DNA from: Candidatus Omnitrophota bacterium | GTDB lineage: Bacteria > Omnitrophota > Gorgyraeia > B26-G9 | NCBI GenBank assembly: GCA_043826565.1 | Contig: JBDRPX010000028.1 | Span: forward strand, 16,607 to 80,606 | DNA: 64,000 nt | Direction: 5' to 3' | In this document: positions 48,693 through 59,239 of the stretch, in pieces | How the letters are laid out: each line of letters starts with the position of its first letter | How positions within the stretch are numbered: position 1 is the first letter of the stretch | Notes under the pieces: model-generated | Told to the model about the DNA's origin: nothing | Database searches by the model: none | The model's input: the letters and a program-made list of their open reading frames with translations, nothing else | Translations under genes and position numbers: made by a program

Positions 48693-50476
48693 GAAAAAAA
48701 ATAGGGGGACTTATAACGCTGTTACTATTGGGGGCTTGCGCAAGAGTAGCGCAGGCTGAGGAGCTTGCTTCGGCAATATTACCTGTGCCGAGTCAGGTGC
48801 AGGTAACTTCTTTAGCGGAAGGTATCTATGGAAAGATTTCTTTAGACCTGCGGCAAATAGATATTAACGATGCCCTAAAATATTTTTCCTTAAAAAGCGG
48901 ATTAAATATTATTACTTCCAAAATGGTCAGCGGCCGGGTAACCTTGGTTGTTGAGGATGTTCCGGTAAAAGATGTTTTTGATATTATGCTGCGTTCAAAC
49001 GGATTGGCCTATGATAAGACCGGGGATATCTATAATGTAATGACCCAGGAGGAATACAAGACACTTTACGGAAAAAGGTTTTCTGATGTTCGTGTCGTGG
49101 AAGTGTTCCGGTTACAATACGCTCTTCCGGAACAGGCCTTTGCCATGCTTGATACTATTAAAAGTGAAATCGGACGGATATTAGTCGATACTGAATCAGG
49201 TACGGTTTTATGTCTGGATTCGCCGGGAAAAATTGAACAGATGAAAGCGGCTCTCGTGGGATTTGAAAGAGAAACATTGGTCAAAGTTTTTGATCTAAAC
49301 TATGCCAAAGCCGCGGTTGTCGAGGAGCAGTTAAAAAGCCGGCTTGATGAAAAAAAAGTTGGTTCGATCAAAGCGGATGTTCGTTCAAACCGGGTGGTTG
49401 TTCAGGCTTTGCCGGACCGGATGACGGAAATTGAAAAATTAATTAAAGCTTTGGATACTAAAACAAGAGAGGTTTTAATTGACGCTAAGGTTTTAAAGGT
49501 TAAAGTCGGCGATGAACTTAATGTTGGGGTAAGATGGGAAGGGCTTGCTGAGGTGGTCGGAGGTGATGATGGGCTGACTTATTTGGGGTCGTCTCCCTTT
49601 AGCGCTGTTCAGGCAACAACCGATGCCTGGCGTTCGCGAAAACAAGTTTATCAGGATGTCGGCTATGCCGGGTCCTATGCTAGTAGCGGAACAACTTCCA
49701 ATTATTCATCGGCAGCTTCGGCACTGGGTATAAATAATTTGCATTATGGGGTTATCGGATCAAGCGATATCGATGCTGTCCTAACTTATTTAAAAACAGA
49801 AAATAATGCTAAGATACTTTCTAATCCTAAAATTGCGGTAACGAATAATCAGGAAGCGCGTATCCATGTGGGAGAACGTCAGGCTTATGTTACGACTACG
49901 ACGACCAGCGGACAGTCAACCAGTACTATTTCCGAAGATGTAAATTTTATTGATATCGGAATTCAGATGCATGTTATCCCGACGATCAGTGAGAACGGGT
50001 TTGTCAATTTACAGATCAAAACGGAAATCAGCAGTGTGGTGGACGTATTAATTACTCCCACGGAAAACCGGATCCCGATCGTGGATACCTCACTTGCCGA
50101 AACAACTGTTTTGATCAAGGAAGGCAAGACTGTTATTATCGGAGGTTTACGCCGCGAAGAAGTATCCCAGACAGTTAGGCGGGTTCCGATCTTGAGTAAA
50201 ATCCCGATATTGGGTTTCTTGTTTAAGGAAAAATCAGAAAATAAATATACTACGGAATTGCTGATCATGATTACGCCGATTGTAATCACCGGAGATGTAT
50301 TAGTCTTGGAAGAAGGCAAGAAGATCGGGGTTCCGGAGATAAAAGAAGCTCAGGAATATAAAGAGCTTGAAAGAAGGAAAAAAGAAATTGAAACTTATCA
50401 GCCGGTACCAAGTGATTTAGGGGGCATGAATTTTAAAAAGTTCAAAGTATATGAGGGGATACGGGATAAGGACTAA
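48689..50476 (+). CDS. Secretin (type II secretion/type IV pilus PilQ/MshL-like outer-membrane channel), copy A
   Basis: Signal peptide. N-terminal N0/N1-like repeats. C-terminal secretin domain 'ILSNPKIAVTNNQEARIHVGERQAYVTTTT...TVLIKEGKTVIIGGL...VPILSKIPILGFLFK'. ATGA overlap with the upstream gene. Confidence 0.85.
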   Translation: MRKKIGGLITLLLLGACARVAQAEELASAILPVPSQVQVTSLAEGIYGKISLDLRQIDINDALKYFSLKSGLNIITSKMVSGRVTLVVEDVPVKDVFDIMLRSNGLAYDKTGDIYNVMTQEEYKTLYGKRFSDVRVVEVFRLQYALPEQAFAMLDTIKSEIGRILVDTESGTVLCLDSPGKIEQMKAALVGFERETLVKVFDLNYAKAAVVEEQLKSRLDEKKVGSIKADVRSNRVVVQALPDRMTEIEKLIKALDTKTREVLIDAKVLKVKVGDELNVGVRWEGLAEVVGGDDGLTYLGSSPFSAVQATTDAWRSRKQVYQDVGYAGSYASSGTTSNYSSAASALGINNLHYGVIGSSDIDAVLTYLKTENNAKILSNPKIAVTNNQEARIHVGERQAYVTTTTTSGQSTSTISEDVNFIDIGIQMHVIPTISENGFVNLQIKTEISSVVDVLITPTENRIPIVDTSLAETTVLIKEGKTVIIGGLRREEVSQTVRRVPILSKIPILGFLFKEKSENKYTTELLIMITPIVITGDVLVLEEGKKIGVPEIKEAQEYKELERRKKEIETYQPVPSDLGGMNFKKFKVYEGIRDKD

Positions 50477-50480
50477 AATT

Positions 50481-52874
50481 ATGAGAAAAAATAAAAGTAT
50501 TTATCGAGCAAGTTTACCTGCCGGGGGAATGCTGATCATTACCGCATTACTTATGGTTTTTGCGGTTAATGGATATGGTCAATCCGCGCCGGAAAAACCG
50601 CAGGCACAGGTATCTTCTATTGTCGCGACAATAGAACAGAATATGTCGGCTTTGGCCAAAGAATTAGATGATAACAAAAAAGCTTATGAACAGCTCAAGG
50701 AAGAGTATGATAAAAAACAGCAGGATTTAAGTTTTAGCCAGGATGAGGTAAAGGAATTAGAGAAGAATTTTGAAGAGCTAAAACAGGATTTTAAACAGAA
50801 ATCGCAGGCATTATTAGAAAAAAAGGCTGATGAGGTCGGAGCATACAAGGCGCAGATAGACAAATTGCAAAATGAAATAGACGAGAGAGGAAAAACAATT
50901 GTCCGGAAAAAGGAAGAGATCATATCTTTAGAAACCCAGCTGAAAGAAGAAAAGAGAATACTAGAGGACAAAGAAAAATCGTTAAAAGCAAAAGATTTAG
51001 AGATCAATGATCTGCAAAAACAATTAAGCGACTTTGACCGGCTGCTTAAAGAAGCACATAATTCCATTAATGACCTCAGGCAGGAGGATACCAAAAAAGA
51101 TAATCTGGTTGAATCTTTTCGCGCGGAAATGCATAAAAAACAAAAAGAATTTGATGATAATATGCAAAATGAACGAGGCCAGTTCCAAAAGAGGCTTTTT
51201 GATGAGGAGCAGAAAGAAGAGAAATTAAGAAGACAAAATGCCGACCAATTAAAGGAGTATACTAAACAGCTTCAGGATAAAGATGATTTAATGTCCGCGC
51301 AGAAAGAGATGCTGGTTAAAAAAGACAAGCTTATTAATGATCTTAATATTAGTTTGGATAAGCAAAAACTGGATAATGAAAATATTCGTAAACAGAATAA
51401 TATTCTGGCCGAAGAAAAGAAACAGCTGCTGCTTAATATTTCTGTTTTTGAAGAGGAGATCGGTAAGCAGGGGTCTTTATTGAAGAATGGCAAACAGAAT
51501 TTGACTGTCGCGCAAAAGGAACAAGAGTATCTTCAGAAGGAGCAGCAGGATCTTAAAAAGAGATATGAAGAATTACACAATGAAAAAGAGGTTTATTTGA
51601 GCAAAAGTCAGTATCTTGAAAAACAGGTAGAAGAAAGAGATAAAAAATTGCAGGCATTGCGGGATGATATCCAGAAACAGGTAACTTTGCTGCATCAGCA
51701 GCTTGGCGGGGTGGTTCAGCAGACTCAGGACCCGCAGAATAAACAAGCATTGAAAGATAAACGGGATGAGCTTGAACAGATAAATCTTTCCTCTAAGCAG
51801 CAGGAGCGGGAATTACGCAAACAAATAGATGATCTTAAATCAGAAAAGCAGGATCTTTTTAATCAGAGTAATAATCTGATCCAGGAAAAACTTCAGATTC
51901 TGGCCAGGATGGTCCAGCTGGAAGCGCAGCAAAAGGCTTCCGGAGCTTCGGATGGAGCTGTCGGTATGTCTGAGGAAGAAATTGCCTATGTAAAACATGA
52001 ATTAGAGAATCTTAATAAATCATTAGATAAAAAAGCAAGTGAACTGGGTAAAGTCCAGGAAGAAAATTATAAGCTGTTTAAAGAAAAAGAGGAGCTGCGA
52101 AAACTTGTTAATGATTGCAATGATCAGATAACTTCTCAAAAGAAGCAGCTTAATGACCTGCAGGAAATGATGCGGAATAATGAGAATGAAAGCCAGTTGA
52201 AAGTTCGCGATATGAGAAAAGACCTTGATGGTCAAAGGGCTGAGTTCCAGAGAGTTTCTAAAGAATTGGAGAAAAAGAATGCTTTATATGATAAGGATAT
52301 AAAGAAATACTTAGCCCGCTGTGAAGATTTCCGGGGTAAATTAGCGGCTTCCCAGGAGAAATATGATACGATGAAAGCTGATTACGATATTTATGTAAAA
52401 CGTATCAAAGAAGTATACTCAGAGCAGCGCAAATTAGAAGGAAGGGTCCAAGAGCAGATTAAACTTCTTAATACATACTCAAAAACTATTGACGAGCTGA
52501 GCGCGGACAACAAGTCTATGGAAACGGAAAATGAGCGGCTGGGGTTGTTGTTAAAGACAATTCCGCAGAAATTAAATACTTTGGAAAGTGATGTCGCCCA
52601 ATTACGCAAACAAAATTCTACTTTACATTATAACTTAGGGGTTTTTCATACGCAGCGCCAGGAATATCCGCAGGCAATCGCGGAATTTAAACAGTCTTTA
52701 AAATATAATCCCAATGACGCGAGTACCCATTATAATATGGGCGTTATTTATTCGCAGTATTTAGTTGATGAATCCAGTGCGGTTATGCATTTTAGGCATT
52801 ATCTGTCGCTTGATCCTAATGATAAAGATTCTCAGCGGGCAAAAGAATATATTTTGCTCTGGGGAAGTAAATAA
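50481..52874 (+). CDS. Membrane-anchored long coiled-coil protein with a C-terminal TPR domain (MshN/PilF-like partner candidate), copy A
   Basis: N-terminal TM/signal anchor. About 650 aa of K/E/Q-rich heptad coiled coil. C-terminal 'LHYNLGVFHTQRQEYPQAIAEFKQSLKYNPNDASTHYNMGVIY' TPR units. Confidence 0.6.
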   Translation: MRKNKSIYRASLPAGGMLIITALLMVFAVNGYGQSAPEKPQAQVSSIVATIEQNMSALAKELDDNKKAYEQLKEEYDKKQQDLSFSQDEVKELEKNFEELKQDFKQKSQALLEKKADEVGAYKAQIDKLQNEIDERGKTIVRKKEEIISLETQLKEEKRILEDKEKSLKAKDLEINDLQKQLSDFDRLLKEAHNSINDLRQEDTKKDNLVESFRAEMHKKQKEFDDNMQNERGQFQKRLFDEEQKEEKLRRQNADQLKEYTKQLQDKDDLMSAQKEMLVKKDKLINDLNISLDKQKLDNENIRKQNNILAEEKKQLLLNISVFEEEIGKQGSLLKNGKQNLTVAQKEQEYLQKEQQDLKKRYEELHNEKEVYLSKSQYLEKQVEERDKKLQALRDDIQKQVTLLHQQLGGVVQQTQDPQNKQALKDKRDELEQINLSSKQQERELRKQIDDLKSEKQDLFNQSNNLIQEKLQILARMVQLEAQQKASGASDGAVGMSEEEIAYVKHELENLNKSLDKKASELGKVQEENYKLFKEKEELRKLVNDCNDQITSQKKQLNDLQEMMRNNENESQLKVRDMRKDLDGQRAEFQRVSKELEKKNALYDKDIKKYLARCEDFRGKLAASQEKYDTMKADYDIYVKRIKEVYSEQRKLEGRVQEQIKLLNTYSKTIDELSADNKSMETENERLGLLLKTIPQKLNTLESDVAQLRKQNSTLHYNLGVFHTQRQEYPQAIAEFKQSLKYNPNDASTHYNMGVIYSQYLVDESSAVMHFRHYLSLDPNDKDSQRAKEYILLWGSK

Positions 52875-52887
52875 AAACAGAATACAG

Positions 52888-54711
52888 ATGACAGAATACA
52901 GAAAACAGAAATTAAATATCCTGATAATATATTTTGCTCTGGCTTTATGCGGCAGTGTGTGCCGGGCAGATGAGAATAAAGAATATGCCGCTTTGCCAGT
53001 ACCCGCGGCTAATGGAATGATCTCAAATTTGGCGATAACGAAAGAGCGGATATCTTTGGAGTTGCGGGATATAGATATTAAAGACGCGCTTAAATATTTA
53101 GCATCCAAGGCCGAGATTAACATTGTTCCGACAAATCAGGTTTCCGGACGCATAACCTTAATGATTAAAGATGCGCCGATTGATGATGTTTTTGAAATGG
53201 TTATCCGTTCCAACGGGCTGGCGTATGATAAGATTGGAAGTATTTACAATGTTATGACGGAAACAGAATACAAGGAACGCTATGGACAGGCGTTTGATGA
53301 CCGCAGGCATCTTGAGGTCTTTCATCTTAAATATGTAATACCGGAACAGGCGTATTCAATAATTGATTCTATCAAAAGCACAATCGGAAAAGTTTTAATA
53401 GAGAACGATTCCGGGACGATTTTAGTTTTGGATACCCCGGAGAAATTAGAAGAAATAAGAAAGACCATTAAATCCTTAGAGCGCAAAGGTACTGTACGGA
53501 TGTTTGATTTAAAGTATGCCAACGCAGAAGATGTCGCAAAACAGCTTAAGTCACAGCTGGATAAGAAAAAAGTAGGGTCTATCCGGGCGGATCAGCGTAC
53601 GAATCAGGTGATTGTGCAGACTTTACCGGAACGTATGGACAATATTGCCAAATTGATCGAAGGCTTAGATCAAAAGACAAAAGAAGTTTTGATCCAGGCC
53701 CGGATCATCCAGATAAAACTTACGGATAATCTTAGTGAAGGCGTGGAATGGGAAGGATTGTTTGAGCTCTCAAAAGGCAGTAACAGCACGACGTATCTGG
53801 GCAGTACCCCGGTCGCGGCTGTGGGCAGTCCGGTGGATACTTGGCGCTCAAGACAGCAGGTGCTTGCCGATACCGGATATGTCGGGTCATATCCGTTTAG
53901 CGGAACATCCACGGATTATGCCAGCGGGCAGAGCAGTGTCGGGACCGAACAAATGCATGTCGGAGTTGTCGGCGAGAGTGATTATGATGTATTGATAAAA
54001 TATTTAAAAACATTAGGGCATGTGCAGATATTATCTAATCCAAAACTGGCGGTAACGAATAATCAGCAGGCACGTGTGCATGTCGGCGAGCGGCAGGCAT
54101 ATATAACTACGGTTACTACGGCCGGACAGACGACAACCACAGTTTCTGAAGAAGTTACTTTTCTTGACGTGGGTTTGCAGTTGTTTATTACTCCGACGAT
54201 TAACGATCAGGGATATGTAACATTAAATATTAAACCGGAGATAAGCAGTGTGGTGGGTACATTGTTAACCGCGCAGAATAACAAGATTCCGATCATTGAT
54301 ACTTCCACAGCGGAAACTACGGTCATGGTCAAGGATGGAGCAACAGTTGTAGTCGGAGGATTGCGCAGAGAGGAAGAGACATCTAGTTCCCGGCGCATGC
54401 CGATACTGGGAAGTATCCCTTTTTTGGGGAATTTATTTAAGACTGAAGATCGAGGAAAATCACGTAATGAATTATTAATCATGGTTACCGCGCATATTAT
54501 CGAAGGGGATGAGTTGATCACCGGCGATGACCGTGATTTTGGAAGTAAATCACATGAAAAATATCAGGAATATAATTTAATGACTAACGAATCGGATTTA
54601 ACAGAGTATGAGAAAGAACAGAAAAAAACATTAGAGCAGAAGATGTACCAGGAATATCCGGAATATAAGGAAGATAAAGAATTTTACCCCGACTTAAAAC
54701 CATTAAAATAA
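52888..54711 (+). CDS. Secretin, copy B (paralog of 48689..50476)
   Basis: Start ATG 52888 with signal peptide (MTEYRKQKLNILIIYFALALCGSVCRA). Collinear with copy A at about 50% identity ('ILSNPKLAVTNNQQARVHVGERQAYITTVTT', 'VVVGGLRREEE', 'MPILGSIPFLGNLFK'). Confidence 0.85.
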   Translation: MTEYRKQKLNILIIYFALALCGSVCRADENKEYAALPVPAANGMISNLAITKERISLELRDIDIKDALKYLASKAEINIVPTNQVSGRITLMIKDAPIDDVFEMVIRSNGLAYDKIGSIYNVMTETEYKERYGQAFDDRRHLEVFHLKYVIPEQAYSIIDSIKSTIGKVLIENDSGTILVLDTPEKLEEIRKTIKSLERKGTVRMFDLKYANAEDVAKQLKSQLDKKKVGSIRADQRTNQVIVQTLPERMDNIAKLIEGLDQKTKEVLIQARIIQIKLTDNLSEGVEWEGLFELSKGSNSTTYLGSTPVAAVGSPVDTWRSRQQVLADTGYVGSYPFSGTSTDYASGQSSVGTEQMHVGVVGESDYDVLIKYLKTLGHVQILSNPKLAVTNNQQARVHVGERQAYITTVTTAGQTTTTVSEEVTFLDVGLQLFITPTINDQGYVTLNIKPEISSVVGTLLTAQNNKIPIIDTSTAETTVMVKDGATVVVGGLRREEETSSSRRMPILGSIPFLGNLFKTEDRGKSRNELLIMVTAHIIEGDELITGDDRDFGSKSHEKYQEYNLMTNESDLTEYEKEQKKTLEQKMYQEYPEYKEDKEFYPDLKPLK

Positions 54712-54714
54712 AAG

Positions 54715-55695
54715 GTGGCTAAAGTGAGACTACTAATAATTACAATTGTTGTAAGTTGTATCATGGCGATGCCCGGAAATGTATTCAGTCAAGCAGCGGA
54801 TGATCATGTGAAGATAAAGGCGGAGTATGAAAAGCTGCGTAAGGAAAATGAAGACATCTCCAATGACCGGGATAATTTACGGGCTCAGATGAAAGTGCTT
54901 TTGCAATATAAAAGTGAGATCGTCAAGGCTCAGGAGATGGTAAATCAGACGAAGATGGAGCGCAATCAGTGGGAAACCCAGAAAAAACTGCTGCAGAATG
55001 AGAATCAAAATCTGCAAGATAGGATGAATCTGCTTAAAGCGCAGATAGATGACCATGAATCTGAACGGCTGCAGTTTGAGGCAGAAAGAGATAATATGAG
55101 AAAGTCTTTGTCTAAATCCAAAGCTGGATATATAATAGTAGACGATCTCAAAAGAAAAAACAGTGAAGAAAAAAGGAATAATAGCCTATTGCAAAAACAG
55201 ATTGCCGGCTTAGAGAAAAGAGTAAAAACGCTTACTGAAGAATCAGGAAAAATGGAGACAATTGAGGAGGTATTGCGCAGCCAGTTAAAGGAGCTTAAAG
55301 ATAAATACGCCCAGGCGCAGAAGAAAAACAAATCTTTTGAGAAAAAACTAGAACAGCAGCCGAAGCGGTACGCGGAAGTTGCCCGGGAGAATAAAGTTTT
55401 ATTAAAGCGCACGGCGTTGATGCATTATAACCTAGGGGTCTTTTACACAAAGGGGAAAGAGTATCCCCGGGCGATTGCGGAATTCGAAAAAGCTGTAGAA
55501 CTTAACCCTGAAGATACTTACGCTTATTTTAATTTAGGGTATATTTACGCGGAACACTATGTGGATAGGCCCAAAGCAATTGATAATTTCCGAAAATATC
55601 TGAGTTTGGCGAAAAAGGAGGATAAAGATGTGGACTGGGTAAAGAGGTATATTCTTACCTGGGAGACTTGGGAAGGTAAAGAGATAACTAAATAA
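54715..55695 (+). CDS. Coiled-coil protein with a C-terminal TPR domain, copy B (shorter paralog of 50481..52874)
   Basis: Signal/TM. Coiled coil. C-terminal 'LMHYNLGVFYTKGKEYPRAIAEFEKAVELNPEDTYAYFNLGYIY' aligns with the copy A C-terminus. The start is uncertain (GTG 54715 or 54724). Confidence 0.6.
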   Translation: MAKVRLLIITIVVSCIMAMPGNVFSQAADDHVKIKAEYEKLRKENEDISNDRDNLRAQMKVLLQYKSEIVKAQEMVNQTKMERNQWETQKKLLQNENQNLQDRMNLLKAQIDDHESERLQFEAERDNMRKSLSKSKAGYIIVDDLKRKNSEEKRNNSLLQKQIAGLEKRVKTLTEESGKMETIEEVLRSQLKELKDKYAQAQKKNKSFEKKLEQQPKRYAEVARENKVLLKRTALMHYNLGVFYTKGKEYPRAIAEFEKAVELNPEDTYAYFNLGYIYAEHYVDRPKAIDNFRKYLSLAKKEDKDVDWVKRYILTWETWEGKEITK

Positions 55696-55734
55696 AAACT
55701 AATTAAGTCGGGGAAAAGAGGAAGGGAGGAAGCA

Positions 55735-56322
55735 GTGAAAAAAACAATTACTTACGGTCTGATAATAATGTGTGTTTTCGTGTTTTCCGCAGTAGACAGC
55801 GGATATGCTTTTTTGGGTAAAAAGAAAACCGAGGAAGCGGAAAGCAAAACGGTAAAAAAGGCAGAAAAAACAGAGGTTCAGGAAATTCAAAAAACTGAGT
55901 CCAAGGTTGAAGAAAAAGCAGTTGAGAAAAAAGATGAAAAAGTCCAGGATAAAGAACGCGCTTTGAAAAAGAAGAAAAAAGCTCAATTGGATAATACAAT
56001 GTGGGATATAACCCTTATCCGTATGTCCGGCGAGGGTAAAAAGAAGTCTGATGTTTTGGTTTTTGAAGAAAACCGTTTTTATTCGCAAGCGTATATGGAT
56101 CAGGGATTTAGCGCAACAAATTATACGTTGAATGTAAAAGAGGAAGAGGCTGTGGTTTGGGAAACAATGCAGACTTCTGCCGGAGAAAAAGTTATTTTCT
56201 GGAGAGGGGAAATTGATCCTAAGTTAAATGATATGCGCGGGGTATTAAGTGTTCAGGTCAGTCCGGGCAAATCAGAAGATTTCTCATTTATTAGTAATGG
56301 TAAGAAGCCTTTTAAAAAATAA
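55735..56322 (+). CDS. Secreted Lys/Glu-rich hypothetical protein
   Basis: GTG start after GGAAGGGAGGAAG. Signal peptide. Charged K/E-rich segment, then a globular C-terminal part. Confidence 0.5.
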   Translation: MKKTITYGLIIMCVFVFSAVDSGYAFLGKKKTEEAESKTVKKAEKTEVQEIQKTESKVEEKAVEKKDEKVQDKERALKKKKKAQLDNTMWDITLIRMSGEGKKKSDVLVFEENRFYSQAYMDQGFSATNYTLNVKEEEAVVWETMQTSAGEKVIFWRGEIDPKLNDMRGVLSVQVSPGKSEDFSFISNGKKPFKK

Positions 56323-56363
56323 CTATAGTTTAAACAGTTTGATCGCAGCAAAAAGAATGCCGA

Positions 56364-57467
56364 ATGCTGAAAATATCCGATATTTTAAAAAAAGCCAAAG
56401 TACGCAAAAATAAAGAGGGGGGGGGGCCTTCTCCCAAACCTGCTGTTCCTGAATCGTCCAAAGCACCGGAATCTAAAAAGGCAGAGATAGCCAGGAGGGT
56501 GAAAAAACATCCTCCGGAAGATACTTTGCCCAAGAAGTCTTCAGGAAAAGAAAAAGCGGTGCCGGTCTTACCGATAGACAGTGATGAAGCCATCGGAAAA
56601 TATGAAACGGCAATAGCATTACTAAAAGATATCATGGAACCTCTGGCGGAAAAAAGAGATGATTTAATAGATGCCGCGGATAATCTGATCGAAAATATTA
56701 TTGAATTGCTTAAAAAAGATGATTCAGCTTTGATGGGGCTTTTTTTTCGGGATTATGAGGTATTAAAGGAGTATGTTTATCAACATTCGATTAATGTATG
56801 TGTTCTGGCCTTAAGGATCGGTTTGAATTTAGAATGTGATTTTGGTCATCTTAAAAAACTGGGGATGGCTGCGCTGCTTCATGATTTGGGCCAGTTAAAG
56901 TTTGAATCACTTGTAAATAAACCGCGGAAGCTTGAACAGAGTGAATATGAAAAAATAAAAAGTCATCCTGCCGTAGGCAGGGATATCTTAAAAAAGTTTG
57001 CGAGAAAATTGGATCTCAAGATTTTAGATGTTATATATCAAGAGCATGAACGGATCAACGGCACCGGATATCCGCAGGGGTTAAGCAAAGATATGATTGC
57101 CGATGACGCTAAACTGATCGGGATGGTTGATGTTTATGAAGCTTTAGTTCATTCCCGCCCGCATCGGTCAAAATTCGGCGGGCATGAAGCTATCCAGATG
57201 ATCATAAAAGAAAAAAGTAGTTTTGAATATAATTTAATAAAGGTTTTAATCGATACCATTGGTTTGTTTCCTCTGGGAACACTGGTCGAGTTAAATACAA
57301 AGGAAATAGGTATCGTCGTCAATCAAAATCCCAAAATGCCATTGAAGCCGATTATTGATATAACTCATAATATCAATAAACAAAAGTTATCGAAACCTAA
57401 GCGCGTCGATTTATCAAAGAATTACGCTATTTATATAAAACAGTGCTTTGATGAGCTTCAGGATTAA
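56364..57467 (+). CDS. HD-GYP-like domain protein (stand-alone, no receiver), with a G10 tract near its 5' end
   Basis: 'LLHDLGQLKF', 'HERINGTGYPQGL' (GYP motif), 'HSRPHRSKFGGHEAIQMI'. N-terminal Lys/Pro-rich low-complexity region. Confidence 0.65.
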   Translation: MLKISDILKKAKVRKNKEGGGPSPKPAVPESSKAPESKKAEIARRVKKHPPEDTLPKKSSGKEKAVPVLPIDSDEAIGKYETAIALLKDIMEPLAEKRDDLIDAADNLIENIIELLKKDDSALMGLFFRDYEVLKEYVYQHSINVCVLALRIGLNLECDFGHLKKLGMAALLHDLGQLKFESLVNKPRKLEQSEYEKIKSHPAVGRDILKKFARKLDLKILDVIYQEHERINGTGYPQGLSKDMIADDAKLIGMVDVYEALVHSRPHRSKFGGHEAIQMIIKEKSSFEYNLIKVLIDTIGLFPLGTLVELNTKEIGIVVNQNPKMPLKPIIDITHNINKQKLSKPKRVDLSKNYAIYIKQCFDELQD

Positions 57468-57470
57468 AAT

Positions 57471-59165
57471 ATGCAAAAATCCCATAAAATCATAACTATT
57501 TTATTTTGCTCTCTACTTGTAGCCAGCGGGTATCTTTTACTGCGGTTTATGATCACAGTCAATTATGTGGGCGAACTCAAAGACAATTATACTGTTTTAT
57601 CGGGAGAAAAAAATGTCCTGAAAAAACAGCTTGAGGCAGAAAAAGAGATTAACGTCGTGCGGGTGAAGAAATTAGAAAATGAGATTGCCGGCTTAAGTAA
57701 TGTTAAAAATATTCAGGATAATCTTGCTCTGACCCAGGAGAAACTTTCCAGTGTTGATAAAGACTTCAAACAAATTAGTCAGGAAAAAAAGCAATTAGAA
57801 CAAACAACCCTGAATTTAAATAACCGCATTAGTAATCTGACCAAGGAATTCACCAAGACTTTAGATCAATTGAAAGCCGTGAGGGAGGAATTGGTAAAAG
57901 CGCAGAGCGGAAGTGCTATGCGAAAGTATGAGAAAGAAATTGAAGGATTAAATGCGCAGCTTGAGCAAAAGGCCGAGCAGATCGTAAAACTGAATAATGA
58001 AATCAAAAAAATAAATGATGAAGTGGTAAATCTGAAGAAAGACGGCACAGAAGCTCACGGTCAAAACAAGGTTTTGGAAAATCAAATTACCCGGCTGGAG
58101 AAAAAAAAGCAAGAACTCCAGTTGAGATACACCAATCTTGAGGAAAGGATGTCCAAGAAGAAAGACCCTACCCTCGGATTAGGAGAGAAGCTGAACAAGC
58201 TTAAGGCGGAACTTTCCGAGAAAGAGAAACAGTTAGCAGAATTAGAAAAGAAAAATTCCCAGGAAGTCGAATATCTGAAAAAAAATCTGGAAATGGCCAG
58301 AGCGGAAAAAGAAACTCTGCAGGCAAATCTTAATAGAGCCGAAGACCGGCTCCGGGAAAAAGATAAATTTGCAGATGAGCTTGAAGAGAAGCTTAAGCGT
58401 TTTGATAAACAGCTTACCCAGCGGGAAGATGAAAGAGATGCTTTAGAAAAAGAAATTGCTCAGCTGAGAAAGACAAAAGTTGAAGTGACCGGAACTCTGC
58501 CGAGAGAAATGGTGCAGTACCAGGAAGAAGGAGCCTTAGATGCCCATGATATGGGTACGATGCAGGAAAAACTGAATAAGGTGTATGCTCTTTATGATAC
58601 CGCTAAGGCGCAAGTAGTTAAGTTCTCGGAACTTCTTATGCAAAAAGAATTGGAGATAGAGAAATCAAAGCAAAGAATTGTTGGTTTAGAGCAGGAGTTA
58701 AGTATGATTAAGGGCGGCGCGGCTTTCTCGGGAACCGGAGAAACTTCCGGTCAGATCGCGGATCTTGTCCAGGTCAAAGCTAAACTTGAGACGCAGTTAC
58801 AATACGAAAAGCAAAAGTATGAAGATATGAATTCTCTATATATTAATTTAAAGAGCCAGGTGGTCCAGGTTACGACACTTCTGACGCGGCGCGAATCCGA
58901 ATTAGATGATAAGAATGAAGAAATCGCAAACTTAAAAAGGGAAATGTTAAGGGTCCAGCAGGAGTATTCCATGGCCCAGCGGGAACTTAAAGATGTTGCA
59001 GAACGTCAGAAGAGAACCTTAGAGGATCTCTCGCGGTCGACGCGCCTGAATTCGACTTTGCAGGAAAACCTTTCATATCGTACAATAACAGCCGAAGATA
59101 GCAAAAAAAGCCATGAAGAAGCGGAGAGATTAAAAAAGGAAATTGAAGTCTTATTAGGTAAATAA
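57471..59165 (+). CDS. Membrane-anchored long coiled-coil protein
   Basis: N-terminal TM (IITILFCSLLVASGYLLLRFMITV), then about 500 aa of heptad-repeat K/E/Q/L-rich sequence. Confidence 0.55.
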   Translation: MQKSHKIITILFCSLLVASGYLLLRFMITVNYVGELKDNYTVLSGEKNVLKKQLEAEKEINVVRVKKLENEIAGLSNVKNIQDNLALTQEKLSSVDKDFKQISQEKKQLEQTTLNLNNRISNLTKEFTKTLDQLKAVREELVKAQSGSAMRKYEKEIEGLNAQLEQKAEQIVKLNNEIKKINDEVVNLKKDGTEAHGQNKVLENQITRLEKKKQELQLRYTNLEERMSKKKDPTLGLGEKLNKLKAELSEKEKQLAELEKKNSQEVEYLKKNLEMARAEKETLQANLNRAEDRLREKDKFADELEEKLKRFDKQLTQREDERDALEKEIAQLRKTKVEVTGTLPREMVQYQEEGALDAHDMGTMQEKLNKVYALYDTAKAQVVKFSELLMQKELEIEKSKQRIVGLEQELSMIKGGAAFSGTGETSGQIADLVQVKAKLETQLQYEKQKYEDMNSLYINLKSQVVQVTTLLTRRESELDDKNEEIANLKREMLRVQQEYSMAQRELKDVAERQKRTLEDLSRSTRLNSTLQENLSYRTITAEDSKKSHEEAERLKKEIEVLLGK

Positions 59166-59239
59166 ATAATGATTACATCGATTGAATACAGATTACACAG
59201 ATTAAATATAAGTTTATCGAATAGAGTTATGGTGATGGA

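Noticed and set aside
50684-52235. Minus-strand ORFs inside the 807-aa coiled-coil gene (50684..51094, 51272..51493, 52023..52235)
   Set aside because: They lie antisense to a long K/E/Q heptad coiled-coil ORF, and such sequence yields Ser/Phe/Leu-rich antisense shadows. No start or RBS signal.
54715-55695. Alternative view that the 326-aa coiled-coil/TPR gene is a truncated pseudogene copy of the 807-aa gene
   Set aside because: The ORF is intact with its own signal/TM and a complete C-terminal TPR block. A shorter functional paralog is more parsimonious than a pseudogene.
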